Source: Hydrurus foetidus
Lineage: Eukaryota
NCBI GenBank assembly: GCA_900617105.1
Contig: UYFQ01000001.1
Span: 1,674,001 to 1,738,000 of the forward strand
Length of the DNA stretch: 64,000 bases
Direction of reading: 5' to 3'
The position numbers and the translations under genes were made by a program. How positions within the stretch are numbered: the first letter of the stretch is position 1; every line of letters starts with the position of its first letter. The notes under the pieces were generated by a model. That model had not been told where the DNA came from. It worked only from the letters and a program-made list of their open reading frames with translations, and searched no databases. Below, one piece after another: positions 30,425-38,655 of this stretch.

Positions 30425-30567
30425 AGATGCTTCTAAAAATTCAGATTTTCGGGATGAAGTGCAAGGCGCACGGAGCACAGCAACCGGAACGTACTTCAGG
30501 TACGTGAGGATTGCGAGCACCGCGCAACGCCGCAATTCGCCCGGAAAATGAATTTATAGGAGCACCT
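30425..30567. mobile_element. 143-bp MITE, RPE-like palindromic element
   Basis: Imperfect TIRs AGATGCTTCTAAAAATTCAGATTTTCGGG / CCCGGAAAATGAATTTATAGGAGCACCT; core CGTAC-ttcag-GTACGTGAGGATT. Confidence 0.7.
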
Positions 30568-31573
30568 CTGCCTCATAAGCATGCAGCGACGTCGCACCGC
30601 CGGTGTGGATGAACAGCACGTTCTCATCACGTTTAAAGTGCCCTTGACGGGCCAAACCGATCAGCCCGGCCATGATTTTTCCGGTGTATACCGGGTCGAG
30701 CAAAATCGCTTCGGTGCGCGCCAGCAGTTGCACGGCCTCTACCATCGCGGCGTTGGGCACCGAGTATTTGGGCCGCCACCAGTCGCCGTGGCTAACGACT
30801 GCTTCAGGCGGCACGGTGATGTTCAGGCCCAGCAAATCGCACACGGCTTGCGCCTCTTTCAGCACCAGCGGGTTTTGGTCAACCGGGTCGCGGCTAACGC
30901 CAATGCCAATAAGCGGAATGTTGATGTGGTTGCCCAAGAATCCCGCCAGCATGCCGCCGTGTGTGCCAGAGCTGCCTGAGCCGACCACGATGGAGTCTAT
31001 CTGCACGCCTTGGTCAAAAAACTGTTGCTGCAGCTCTTGTGCGCAAGCCACATAGCCCAGCCCGCCTAGCGCGTTAGAGCCGCCGCCGGGCACGATGTAG
31101 CCTTTGCGGCCAGCGCCTGCCAAGTCAGCGGCTACTGCCTGCATGCCGGCCAGCATGTTACTGCCTGCAGGCACGACGGTGATGGCTTCCACCCCCAGCA
31201 GCCTGAACAGAAAGTTATTGCCGCTGGCGTCCACCTTGTAGCTGTTGGGTACGCGTTCTTCAATTACAAAGCGGCACTTCAAACCTTCTTTAATAGCAGC
31301 GCAAAGCGTGGCGCGGCAGTGGTTAGACTGCGGCGCGCCGCAGGTTACCAAGGTGTCTGCCCCTTGGGCCAGCGCGTCGGCCACTAAAAATTCAAGCTTG
31401 CGGGTTTTGTTGCCGCCGGGTGTCAAGCCCAGCATGTCGTCGCGCTTGATCCATACATTCGGGCCTGCGCCATCAGGGCAAGTGGCGCGAAGTGCCTTAG
31501 TGAAATGGGGCAAAAATTCAAGCGGCGTTGCGCCAATTGAGTAACGGCGGCGGGGGAAACGGCTTAAGTCCAT
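30554..31573 (-). CDS. dcyD: D-cysteine desulfhydrase / ACC deaminase family PLP enzyme
   Basis: KRDD...GGNKTRKLEF, QSNH, LDPVYTGK, HTGG. Confidence 0.85.
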   Translation of the reverse strand: MDLSRFPRRRYSIGATPLEFLPHFTKALRATCPDGAGPNVWIKRDDMLGLTPGGNKTRKLEFLVADALAQGADTLVTCGAPQSNHCRATLCAAIKEGLKCRFVIEERVPNSYKVDASGNNFLFRLLGVEAITVVPAGSNMLAGMQAVAADLAGAGRKGYIVPGGGSNALGGLGYVACAQELQQQFFDQGVQIDSIVVGSGSSGTHGGMLAGFLGNHINIPLIGIGVSRDPVDQNPLVLKEAQAVCDLLGLNITVPPEAVVSHGDWWRPKYSVPNAAMVEAVQLLARTEAILLDPVYTGKIMAGLIGLARQGHFKRDENVLFIHTGGATSLHAYEAEVLL

Positions 31574-31624
31574 GACGGTTTGTTCCTGATGAGGTGGGTG
31601 CTTTATTTTGCACAGGCGCTGACG

Positions 31625-31666
31625 GATTCAGAGGCAGAGGCAGAGGCAGAGGCAGAGGCAGATTCA
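31625..31666. repeat. Hexamer tandem repeat
   Basis: GATTCA (GAGGCA)x5 GATTCA. Confidence 0.9.
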
Positions 31667-31732
31667 GACTTTACGAATGTTGCCGATATCGAGCAGCCGC
31701 GAGGTCAGGGCTTGCGGGCCGGCGTGCCAATA

Positions 31733-32743
31733 TCAGTCCAGTGTGACCCCCGCGTTTTTAATCACGCCGGCCCACTTGGATGTCTCTTGGGCAATGAATG
31801 TGTCGAATTCCTCCGGCGTGCCGCCAGCAGCGAAGGTGCCCATGCCTTCCAGCTTGACGCGAGTCTCGTCGCTGCGCACTATGCGCGTGAGTTCATCTGC
31901 CATGCGTTTGACAATGTCTTTGGGCGTTGCAGCGGGTGCAAGCATGCCTGCCCACGTGCTGCCGGTAAAGCCTGCAAAGCCTTGCTCAATAAACGTCGGC
32001 ACATCAGGCACGGCAGGCAAACGCTTGTCGCTGGCTACACCAATCAGCCGAACCTTGCCCGCCTTGCCCTGGGTAATCAGGCCGCTGGCCGCGTCAAAAA
32101 ACAACTGGATTTGCCCGCCCATCAAGTCGGTAAGTGCGGGCACTGCCCCCCGGTACGGGATGTGCACCATGTACGTTTTGGTGACGGACTTGAACAGCTC
32201 GCTCGTCAAATGCGCGGCCGAGCCATTGCCCGACGAGCCAAAGCTGACCTTGCCGGGATTAGCGCGTGCGTAGTCGACGAGTTGCTTGGCGGTCTTAAAA
32301 GGCGCGTCGTTGTTGATTGCCGCGAGCAGCGGCGAAATGCCCATCAGCGCCACGCCAGTCAGGTCTTTTTTCGCGTCGTAAGGCAGCTTGGTTGTTGGGC
32401 TTGAATAAAGCGTGTTGTTGGCCGCATAGGCGGCAATGACCACCGCAAATGTGCTGCCGTCTGCCGGTGCTTTGGCCAGCAGGTCTACGCCAATAATGCT
32501 GTTGGCACCGGGCTTGTTGTCAACCGTCACGGTTTGCTGCAAGCGGTTTTGCAACCCCACTTGTACGATGCGCGCCATCTGGTCGGTAAAGCCGCCGGGC
32601 GTGTACGGCACGATGATGCGAATCGGTTTATTGGGCCATGTATTTTGGGCCAACGACGGCAGGCACACCGCACTGGCCGCTGAAGTGATTGCCAGGCCAA
32701 AGCGGCGGCGCGAAATGGACGGGCTCGGCAACAAAGGCTTCAT
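31733..32743 (-). CDS. Bug/TctC tripartite tricarboxylate transporter substrate-binding protein
   Basis: SRRRF Tat-like signal, PYTPGGFTD, NKPGA, HIPYRG. Confidence 0.92.
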   Translation of the reverse strand: MKPLLPSPSISRRRFGLAITSAASAVCLPSLAQNTWPNKPIRIIVPYTPGGFTDQMARIVQVGLQNRLQQTVTVDNKPGANSIIGVDLLAKAPADGSTFAVVIAAYAANNTLYSSPTTKLPYDAKKDLTGVALMGISPLLAAINNDAPFKTAKQLVDYARANPGKVSFGSSGNGSAAHLTSELFKSVTKTYMVHIPYRGAVPALTDLMGGQIQLFFDAASGLITQGKAGKVRLIGVASDKRLPAVPDVPTFIEQGFAGFTGSTWAGMLAPAATPKDIVKRMADELTRIVRSDETRVKLEGMGTFAAGGTPEEFDTFIAQETSKWAGVIKNAGVTLD

Positions 32744-32855
32744 GGCGACTCCAGGCAAAAAGTCATTGTTGGGTGTGCCCGGTTGTCTGCCTAGCGGGTT
32801 TGCCCCTGTCGGCCCTGCTTCTCTACTTCCCCGCTGCAAAAATCACCGGTCAAAC

Positions 32856-32902
32856 GCTATAATAAATATAGCTGTTTGCGCCCGTATATATTGGGCTACA
32901 GC
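32856..32902 (+). repeat. Repeat family A
   Basis: GCTATAATAAATATAGCTGTTTGCGCCCGTATATATTGGGCTACAG. Confidence 0.85.
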
Positions 32903-32909
32903 ACTAAAA

Positions 32910-33734
32910 CTAGCTCGCCATAGCCCTGCGGGAGGCGTAACTGACCGCATCCACCAGCGCTACCATGAGCAGCATGGCCAGCAAAATGCTGCTGGTCTCC
33001 TGCATTTGAAACAGCCCCATGTGAAAGGCCAGAAGTTGGCCCAGGCCGCCCGCCCCCACCACGCCCAGCACAGCGGCCGCACGAATGTTGTTTTCCCAGC
33101 GGTACAGCGTGTAGCTGAGCAATTGCGGCAGCACTTGCGGCAGCGTGGCGTACCAAAATATTTTGGCCTCGCTAACGCCGCGGCTGCGCAGCGCAAACGC
33201 CGGGCCGCCGTTGGCATTTTCAATACTCTCGGCAAACAGGCGGCCCAAAACGCCAGTGGTGTGAAAAGCCAGCGCAAGCGTGCCGGCCAGTGGCCCCAAG
33301 CCCGCGCTGATCAGCAGCAGCGCCGCCCACACCAGTTCTGGAATGCTGCGCAGCATGTTGAGCACCAGCCGGCTGATGCCGCGCCAGCGGGCTGGGTCGC
33401 CTGCGTGGGTTTTGCTGGCGGGCACGGCTAACGCCAAGCCGAACACCACGGCCAGCAGCGTGCCCAGTGCGCTCATGGCCAATGTCTCTAACGCGGCCCA
33501 ACCTAGCTTGGCTAAAAATTTGCTGCTGGTTTCGGGCACCAACATTTCGCCGATGAACTTGCCCATTCGGCGAGCCGCGTCCACGCTGAAAAACTGCGCC
33601 CATTTCAAGTCAAGCGTCCAAAAGCTGGCAACAGTCAGGCAGGCCAGGCCGAACACAAACCAGCAGGCCTTGCAGCGCGCATCAAACAGCGGCGGCGGTA
33701 GCTTTGGTAGCCGGGTGGTTTCAAGCGTTGTCAT
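32910..33734 (-). CDS. PhnE-like ABC permease
   Basis: RSIPELVWA, YRWENNIR, VGAGGLG. Confidence 0.9.
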   Translation of the reverse strand: MTTLETTRLPKLPPPLFDARCKACWFVFGLACLTVASFWTLDLKWAQFFSVDAARRMGKFIGEMLVPETSSKFLAKLGWAALETLAMSALGTLLAVVFGLALAVPASKTHAGDPARWRGISRLVLNMLRSIPELVWAALLLISAGLGPLAGTLALAFHTTGVLGRLFAESIENANGGPAFALRSRGVSEAKIFWYATLPQVLPQLLSYTLYRWENNIRAAAVLGVVGAGGLGQLLAFHMGLFQMQETSSILLAMLLMVALVDAVSYASRRAMAS

Positions 33735-33737
33735 GGC

Positions 33738-34571
33738 TTAGCCCAGCTCCCGGCGCAGCCACGCACTGGTGGCGTCGGCCAGCCACACCAGCAGCATAAA
33801 AACAATCAACATGGTGGCGACTTCTGAGCCGTTGAACATCTTCATCGACGCGTCCATTTGCTGGCCCAACCCGCCCGCACCTACAAAGCCTAATACCGCT
33901 GACGAACGAATCGCGCATTCCCAGCGGTACACGGTGTAGCTGGTGAGCTCGGCGGCGTTTTGCGGCAGCAGGCCATAAAAAAACGCTTGCATAGGCCCCG
34001 CGCCATTACGCAGCAGTGATTGCGTGACTTGCGCATCACCGCTTTCTAAAATCTCAGCGTAGACCTTGCCCAGCATGCCGGCGTAGGTCAGTGCGATGGC
34101 AATCACGCCTGCGGTTGGGCCAAGGCCCACCACGCGCACAAAAATCAGTGCCCAAATCAGCTCGGGAATGCTGCGAAGCAACACCATCAGCCAGCGCAGA
34201 AGTGTGCGTGCAACGGCAGGCAGCAGGTTCATTCGGCCAGTCAAGGCGGACACCGACAGTACCCGCACCGACAGCAACGCCAGCGGTATGGCCAGCACCA
34301 AGGCCAAAGCAATGCCCGCCGTGGCAATGGCCACTGTGCGCCAGGTTTCTTTGGCGACCAGCAGCAAAAATTCACCTTCGATTTTTGGAGGAAAGAAGTC
34401 GCTTAGAAATTTTAAAGTGGGCTTGAGATTGCCAGCTTCAAAAAGTGTCCATACTTTGAACTCAGTCAGCACCAGCGTGGGCCACAGCAGTACGCAGCCA
34501 GCCAGCAACCAGAACACCCGGCCAAGCCAGGCGGGGTCGCGCTTGGCGCTGCGTGACATCACAGACTGCAT
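33738..34571 (-). CDS. PhnE-like ABC permease
   Basis: RSIPELIWA, YRWECAIR; probable ATG overlapping ATPase stop. Confidence 0.9.
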   Translation of the reverse strand: MQSVMSRSAKRDPAWLGRVFWLLAGCVLLWPTLVLTEFKVWTLFEAGNLKPTLKFLSDFFPPKIEGEFLLLVAKETWRTVAIATAGIALALVLAIPLALLSVRVLSVSALTGRMNLLPAVARTLLRWLMVLLRSIPELIWALIFVRVVGLGPTAGVIAIALTYAGMLGKVYAEILESGDAQVTQSLLRNGAGPMQAFFYGLLPQNAAELTSYTVYRWECAIRSSAVLGFVGAGGLGQQMDASMKMFNGSEVATMLIVFMLLVWLADATSAWLRRELG

Positions 34572-35404
34572 CAGCGGCAATGCATCACCGCCGGTAGGGG
34601 CGGCGCGTCAGGCACGTTATCAATGGCAACAGCGGGGCCATCCAGCTCGTGAAGGTGCTGCGCGTATAAGTCGTGCAGGTGCTGCTGGGTGACTTGAGCG
34701 GCGGGCAAATCGAATGCCACCTCGCCGCCCCGCATACCGACGATTCGGGCAAATGACTTCAGTGCCATGTCCACATGGTGCAGCGTGGCTACCAGCGTGG
34801 CACCGCGCTCGGTGGCTATATCAGTCAGTGTTTTTATCGCCTGCTCGCTGCGCGAAGGGTCTAGCGCCGACAAGGGCTCGTCAACCAGCAGCAGCTGGGC
34901 GTTTGACGCCAAAATTCTGGCCAGGCCAACCCGCTGACGCTCACCGCCAGACAACCGGTCAACACGCTCGAACAATTTGTCGGCTACGTCGAAGCGCGCC
35001 AAGGCAACATCGGCAACCTCGATATGCGCAGGGTAAAACAAGCTGCGCAAACTGGCCCACATGCCCATTTGCGGCAAACGCCCGGCCAGTACGGCGGTAA
35101 CGACGCGCTGACGCGGCGGCAAGGGCGGTACTTGCGGTGCCAAAAACAAAGTGCCGCGCAATTTTTGCAAGTCAGCAACCGTCAATGACCACGGGTCGGC
35201 TTGGCCCAGTTGCACCGTACCTGTTGTTGGCCTCAAGGCGCAGGCCAGCAAATGCAACAGCGTGGTTTTGCCCGCACCCGAAGGGCCGATGACCGCAACA
35301 TGCTCACCAGACTGAACGGCTAACGTCACATGACGCACGGCATCTGGCACGTCTGCCTTGGCAGCCGGGTGGCGGGCCGACGCATCGGCCAAACGAATTT
35401 GCAC
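34571..35404 (-). CDS. PhnC-like ABC ATPase
   Basis: GPSGAGKT, LSGGE, VDEP. Confidence 0.9.
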   Translation of the reverse strand: MQIRLADASARHPAAKADVPDAVRHVTLAVQSGEHVAVIGPSGAGKTTLLHLLACALRPTTGTVQLGQADPWSLTVADLQKLRGTLFLAPQVPPLPPRQRVVTAVLAGRLPQMGMWASLRSLFYPAHIEVADVALARFDVADKLFERVDRLSGGERQRVGLARILASNAQLLLVDEPLSALDPSRSEQAIKTLTDIATERGATLVATLHHVDMALKSFARIVGMRGGEVAFDLPAAQVTQQHLHDLYAQHLHELDGPAVAIDNVPDAPPLPAVMHCR

Positions 35405-35409
35405 GCGGC

Positions 35410-36267
35410 TTACTTGAGCAAGCCGGCGCTGCGAGCGGCAGACTCAATACCGCGGTAGTTCTCGGGCGATGTCGCGATGTACTTGGTAGCGCGGTTCAGG
35501 TCCAAAATCTCTTTGCCTTCTGGCGTTTTGGGGTCAATGTCTAGCAGCGCTTTTTTCACGCGCTCGCGCTGGGCAGCTGGCATGTCGGCATGCACCGACC
35601 AGTTGTAGTTGAAGTAACCGGGCGTGGTGTAGAAAACCACGGCATCTTTATCGCTTACTTTGCCTTCTTTCACAAACTTGTTCCACACCGTGATGTCGAG
35701 CGCAGCGGCATCGACCTTACCACTCACGACCGACGCGATAGTAGCGTCGTGCGCGCCTGAATACGCTACGCGCTTGAAGTCTTTGTCGGGGTCAATTTTG
35801 GCGTCTAGCAAAAAGCTGCGCGGCATCAAGTGACCCGAGGTGGATGACTGCGAGCCAAAGCTGACCTGCTTGCCTTTGAGGTCGGCCAGCGTTTTGATGC
35901 CTGAATCAGGCTTGGTAATAAACACCGATTGAAACTTGGTGTCTTCTTCGCGCTGAGCAATCGGGATGATTTTGCCGCCGGAACGCACACTGGCCTGCAC
36001 AAACGTGAAGCCGCCAAACCACACCATGTCAACCTGCTTGTTGACCAGAGCTTCAACCGCCGCCGGGTAGTCCGACACTGGCGTGAATTCAACCTTTTGT
36101 CCTAGCTTGGCTTCCAGATATTTAACGATGGGGCCAAATTTGCGGGTTTGCTCAGTGGCCGCCTCTTCGGGAATGGTGGTGACTCGAAACACCGTCTGCG
36201 AAAAAGCAGCACCCGCCACGGCAAAAGTGGCCAGGGCCAACAGTGATTTCAAAGCTAAACGACGCAT
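35410..36267 (-). CDS. PhnD-family substrate-binding protein (putative selenate/phosphonate type)
   Basis: Signal peptide, TTIPEE, WFGGFT, SSTSGHLMP, SGAHDAT. Confidence 0.85.
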   Translation of the reverse strand: MRRLALKSLLALATFAVAGAAFSQTVFRVTTIPEEAATEQTRKFGPIVKYLEAKLGQKVEFTPVSDYPAAVEALVNKQVDMVWFGGFTFVQASVRSGGKIIPIAQREEDTKFQSVFITKPDSGIKTLADLKGKQVSFGSQSSTSGHLMPRSFLLDAKIDPDKDFKRVAYSGAHDATIASVVSGKVDAAALDITVWNKFVKEGKVSDKDAVVFYTTPGYFNYNWSVHADMPAAQRERVKKALLDIDPKTPEGKEILDLNRATKYIATSPENYRGIESAARSAGLLK

Positions 36268-36429
36268 AGGAAAAACTTTCTTGAAAGGTAGGGCTGCAAA
36301 CAATCGGGTATTTTGGCAGGAACAGCAGTTCCCCGCACCCGCAGGGTTTGCAGGCGAGGGCTCATTGCCGTTCAACCTGGGTAAAACGGTGCGATTTGAT
36401 GAAACCAGCGTTGCCGGACAAACCTAAAT

Positions 36430-36638
36430 GCTATATAAATAGTAGCTGCTCGCACCCATAAAAATTGGGCTGTAGGGATCTTTAATGGGTAAAAACGACC
36501 TGTTTTTTTCGTTCAAGTGCCCACAAAGGCAACTTGCGCAGCTCAAACGCCTCAAAACGCTGTTCTTGACCCGTTTTACCTATCATTTAAGCTTCAAGCC
36601 CAATAGATTCGGGCGCGAGCAGCTTCTGTATTAATAGC
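36430..36638. repeat. Inverted pair of family A repeats (36430-36477 +, 36591-36638 -)
   Basis: GCTATATAAATAGTAGCTGCTCGC and GCCCAATAGATTCGGGCGCGAGCAGC. Confidence 0.8.
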
Positions 36639-36720
36639 GAGCAGGGGGGATTTAATTGGAATCGGACCCCGATTACCCTTGCTACTGGGTGTGCGAGTCC
36701 ATTGGCATTCAGTGTTGGAA

Positions 36721-36924
36721 TCAGCGCTTGTTGACAGAAGCGGCCTGTACAAGCTGACGCGCAAAATCCATGTCATTCATTCGCTGATGGGTCAGTCGCC
36801 AAACGCCTTTGGGGTGCGGTACCAATGCAGCAACCAGCATGGCGTCCACCACCCTGCCGCGTTGCCATGCAACTTGCGGGTCAAGTTCAAACTCGCTGCG
36901 ACTGTGCTTGCCAACTACTTTCAT
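36721..36924 (-). CDS. Small hypothetical protein
   Basis: 67-aa ORF between two ~175-bp direct repeats. Confidence 0.5.
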   Translation of the reverse strand: MKVVGKHSRSEFELDPQVAWQRGRVVDAMLVAALVPHPKGVWRLTHQRMNDMDFARQLVQAASVNKR

Positions 36925-37089
36925 AGCTACAGTTTAGGGTGGTTTCAAATCCAAGTGCAACGCCTGGGCTGACGGAAATTGCAATGAACAAAGGTGAACA
37001 GTTTTTTTCGTTCAATTACTTTACGAAAACACCTTGCGCCGCTCGAAGGCTCCAAAACACTGTTTTTGACCTGTTTGTCCTATAACTTA

Positions 37090-37138
37090 GGCTTCCAGCC
37101 TCATGGATTCGGGCGCGGACAGCTTCTTTATTGATAGC
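37090..37138 (-). repeat. Repeat family A
   Basis: GGATTCGGGCGCGGACAGCTTCTTTATTGATAGC. Confidence 0.75.
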
Positions 37139-37201
37139 GGATTGGATTAATTAGAATCTGACCCCAATTAACCCTACTCATTAGGCCGTAGCAGGCCGCA
37201 A

Positions 37202-37597
37202 CTACAACGAAGCGCGGCATTCAACCGATGTTTTGTACACGAGACCAGTCTTGGGTGAGATGTGTACTCCATACTCTCTGTCGTAGTTCCGTGGGTGAGC
37301 ATTTCCAGGAACTACGACGGTACAACCGAAATACAAAACAGCGTAGAGCTCATTCTTAATACTTGAGTTGTGGAAGCCAACGACAGTATCGGTTCCTCCC
37401 ACATCATTGATTCCTACCGCGAGCACGTCTCCAAACTCATACTTACAGTAACGTCCGTTGTTCGGAACTTGCTCGCAACTCGTAGCTTTCAGCGCGCGTT
37501 GAAATAGTGCGTCCTGCGTCGACTGACCGCGCGCCGACGGCAGCAAGAGCGACAAGGTGGCTGCAATAAGGAAGAGTGAGAGTCGTGGTTGATGCAT
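37202..37597 (-). CDS. Secreted hypothetical protein (gene-cassette-like)
   Basis: Signal peptide, 4 Cys; flanked by ATTAGGA core and GCCTAAT inverse core. Confidence 0.75.
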   Translation of the reverse strand: MHQPRLSLFLIAATLSLLLPSARGQSTQDALFQRALKATSCEQVPNNGRYCKYEFGDVLAVGINDVGGTDTVVGFHNSSIKNELYAVLYFGCTVVVPGNAHPRNYDREYGVHISPKTGLVYKTSVECRASL

Positions 37598-37605
37598 TTT
37601 GTAAC

Positions 37606-37732
37606 TCCTAATGTTCGAGTTGAGGAGGAACCGAAAATGTGGTTAGCTGGACAGTGAGTGCATTATGGGCTGTAGCCGTAATGCTCAATGAGCCGCGCGC
37701 CATTGGGGGTCAGCTTGAAAGAGTGGTTATCA
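37606..37732 (-). other. Degenerate integron attC site
   Basis: Minus strand TGATAACCACTCTTTCAAGCTGAC...CTCAACTCGAACATTAGGA, 127 bp, directly after a stop codon. Confidence 0.6.
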
Positions 37733-38302
37733 GGCTGCACGTTTTCGGCTCTGAAGCTCGTAAGCTGGCGGCTTAATGCCGAGGGGTACGTAGAACCTAT
37801 TGACGGCGATTGCGGGCACACCAAGGAACGCAATTTCTAACAGTGTCGTGCCGTGGTCGTGTTTCGTAAAGGCAGTGGTTGTATGAGCCAGACCTTTGTT
37901 CGCAAGGTAGATCACATACGCTAGAGCTGCCTCTGCTTCCTGAGCAGACCCTGGGTACTGCGCTAACGCATCGGTGACTGTCACACGACGAAGGCCACCG
38001 ATCGACTCAATGCCAGTGTCATCAAGCTTCCTGGCAGCTTTCAGTTCGCGCAAGGTAGTGGAATTGCCTCCCGCTCCGAGACCAAAGAATTCCAAGAGAG
38101 AGCGGCAGTGAATGATTGCCGACTCGATGGCGCCATTGGTGAACGCGGTGGCCCTGCCCTCCATTACCTGCCTTCCTTCAAAATGGACTGTCATTGCCGG
38201 AACTTGATCCCAGCTCGACGTGTACCGCAGTGCAAGGTGCCCAATCGCGATAGCGTGGATTCTGTATTCGAGCAGCGCAAGCAGCTCAGCGGATGGTGGC
38301 AT
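37730..38302 (-). CDS. Hypothetical protein (gene-cassette-like)
   Basis: 190-aa ORF starting 5 nt after GTTAGAC. Confidence 0.75.
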   Translation of the reverse strand: MPPSAELLALLEYRIHAIAIGHLALRYTSSWDQVPAMTVHFEGRQVMEGRATAFTNGAIESAIIHCRSLLEFFGLGAGGNSTTLRELKAARKLDDTGIESIGGLRRVTVTDALAQYPGSAQEAEAALAYVIYLANKGLAHTTTAFTKHDHGTTLLEIAFLGVPAIAVNRFYVPLGIKPPAYELQSRKRAA

Positions 38303-38307
38303 GTGCT

Positions 38308-38391
38308 GTCTAACGAATAGCGATCATCTGTCGCGCCGCGATGCGAGCCAAGGCACGGGAACCCAAACGCGGCAGATAAACCTCGTCGGAC
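38308..38391 (-). other. Degenerate attC site
   Basis: Minus strand GTCCGACGA..TTATCTGCCGCG...CGCGACAGATGA..TCGTTAGAC hairpin ending in GTTRRRY. Confidence 0.6.
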
Positions 38392-38606
38392 TGAACCGCC
38401 AACCCGATCAGCAGCTGGTTAGCGGCACTGGGATTCGTAGGCTTGGCGTTTTTTGACATGCGTAAATTATGACTTGAGTTGCGGCTCACGCCCGGCTTGG
38501 TGAACCCGTTTTTTGCAGTGATCGCGCTGGCCAAACGCAGCCAGCCAGCGCATTTGCCGCGTCAAGCCCTCAAAACATTGAGCGCGCTGTTTTCTGCCAC
38601 TTATTC

Positions 38607-38655
38607 GGCTTCTAGACCAATGGATACGGGCGCAAACAGCTTCTCAATTCATAGC
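38607..38655 (-). repeat. Repeat family A overlapping monooxygenase stop
   Basis: CCAATGGATACGGGCGCAAACAGCTTCTCAATTCATAGC. Confidence 0.8.

Noticed and set aside
31580..32404. 274-aa ORF with EAEAEA run
   Set aside because: Antisense to the Bug gene; the run is just the hexamer VNTR
32910..36267. Phosphonate utilisation (phn) operon
   Set aside because: Only transporter genes are present, with no C-P lyase genes, so phn symbols were not assigned
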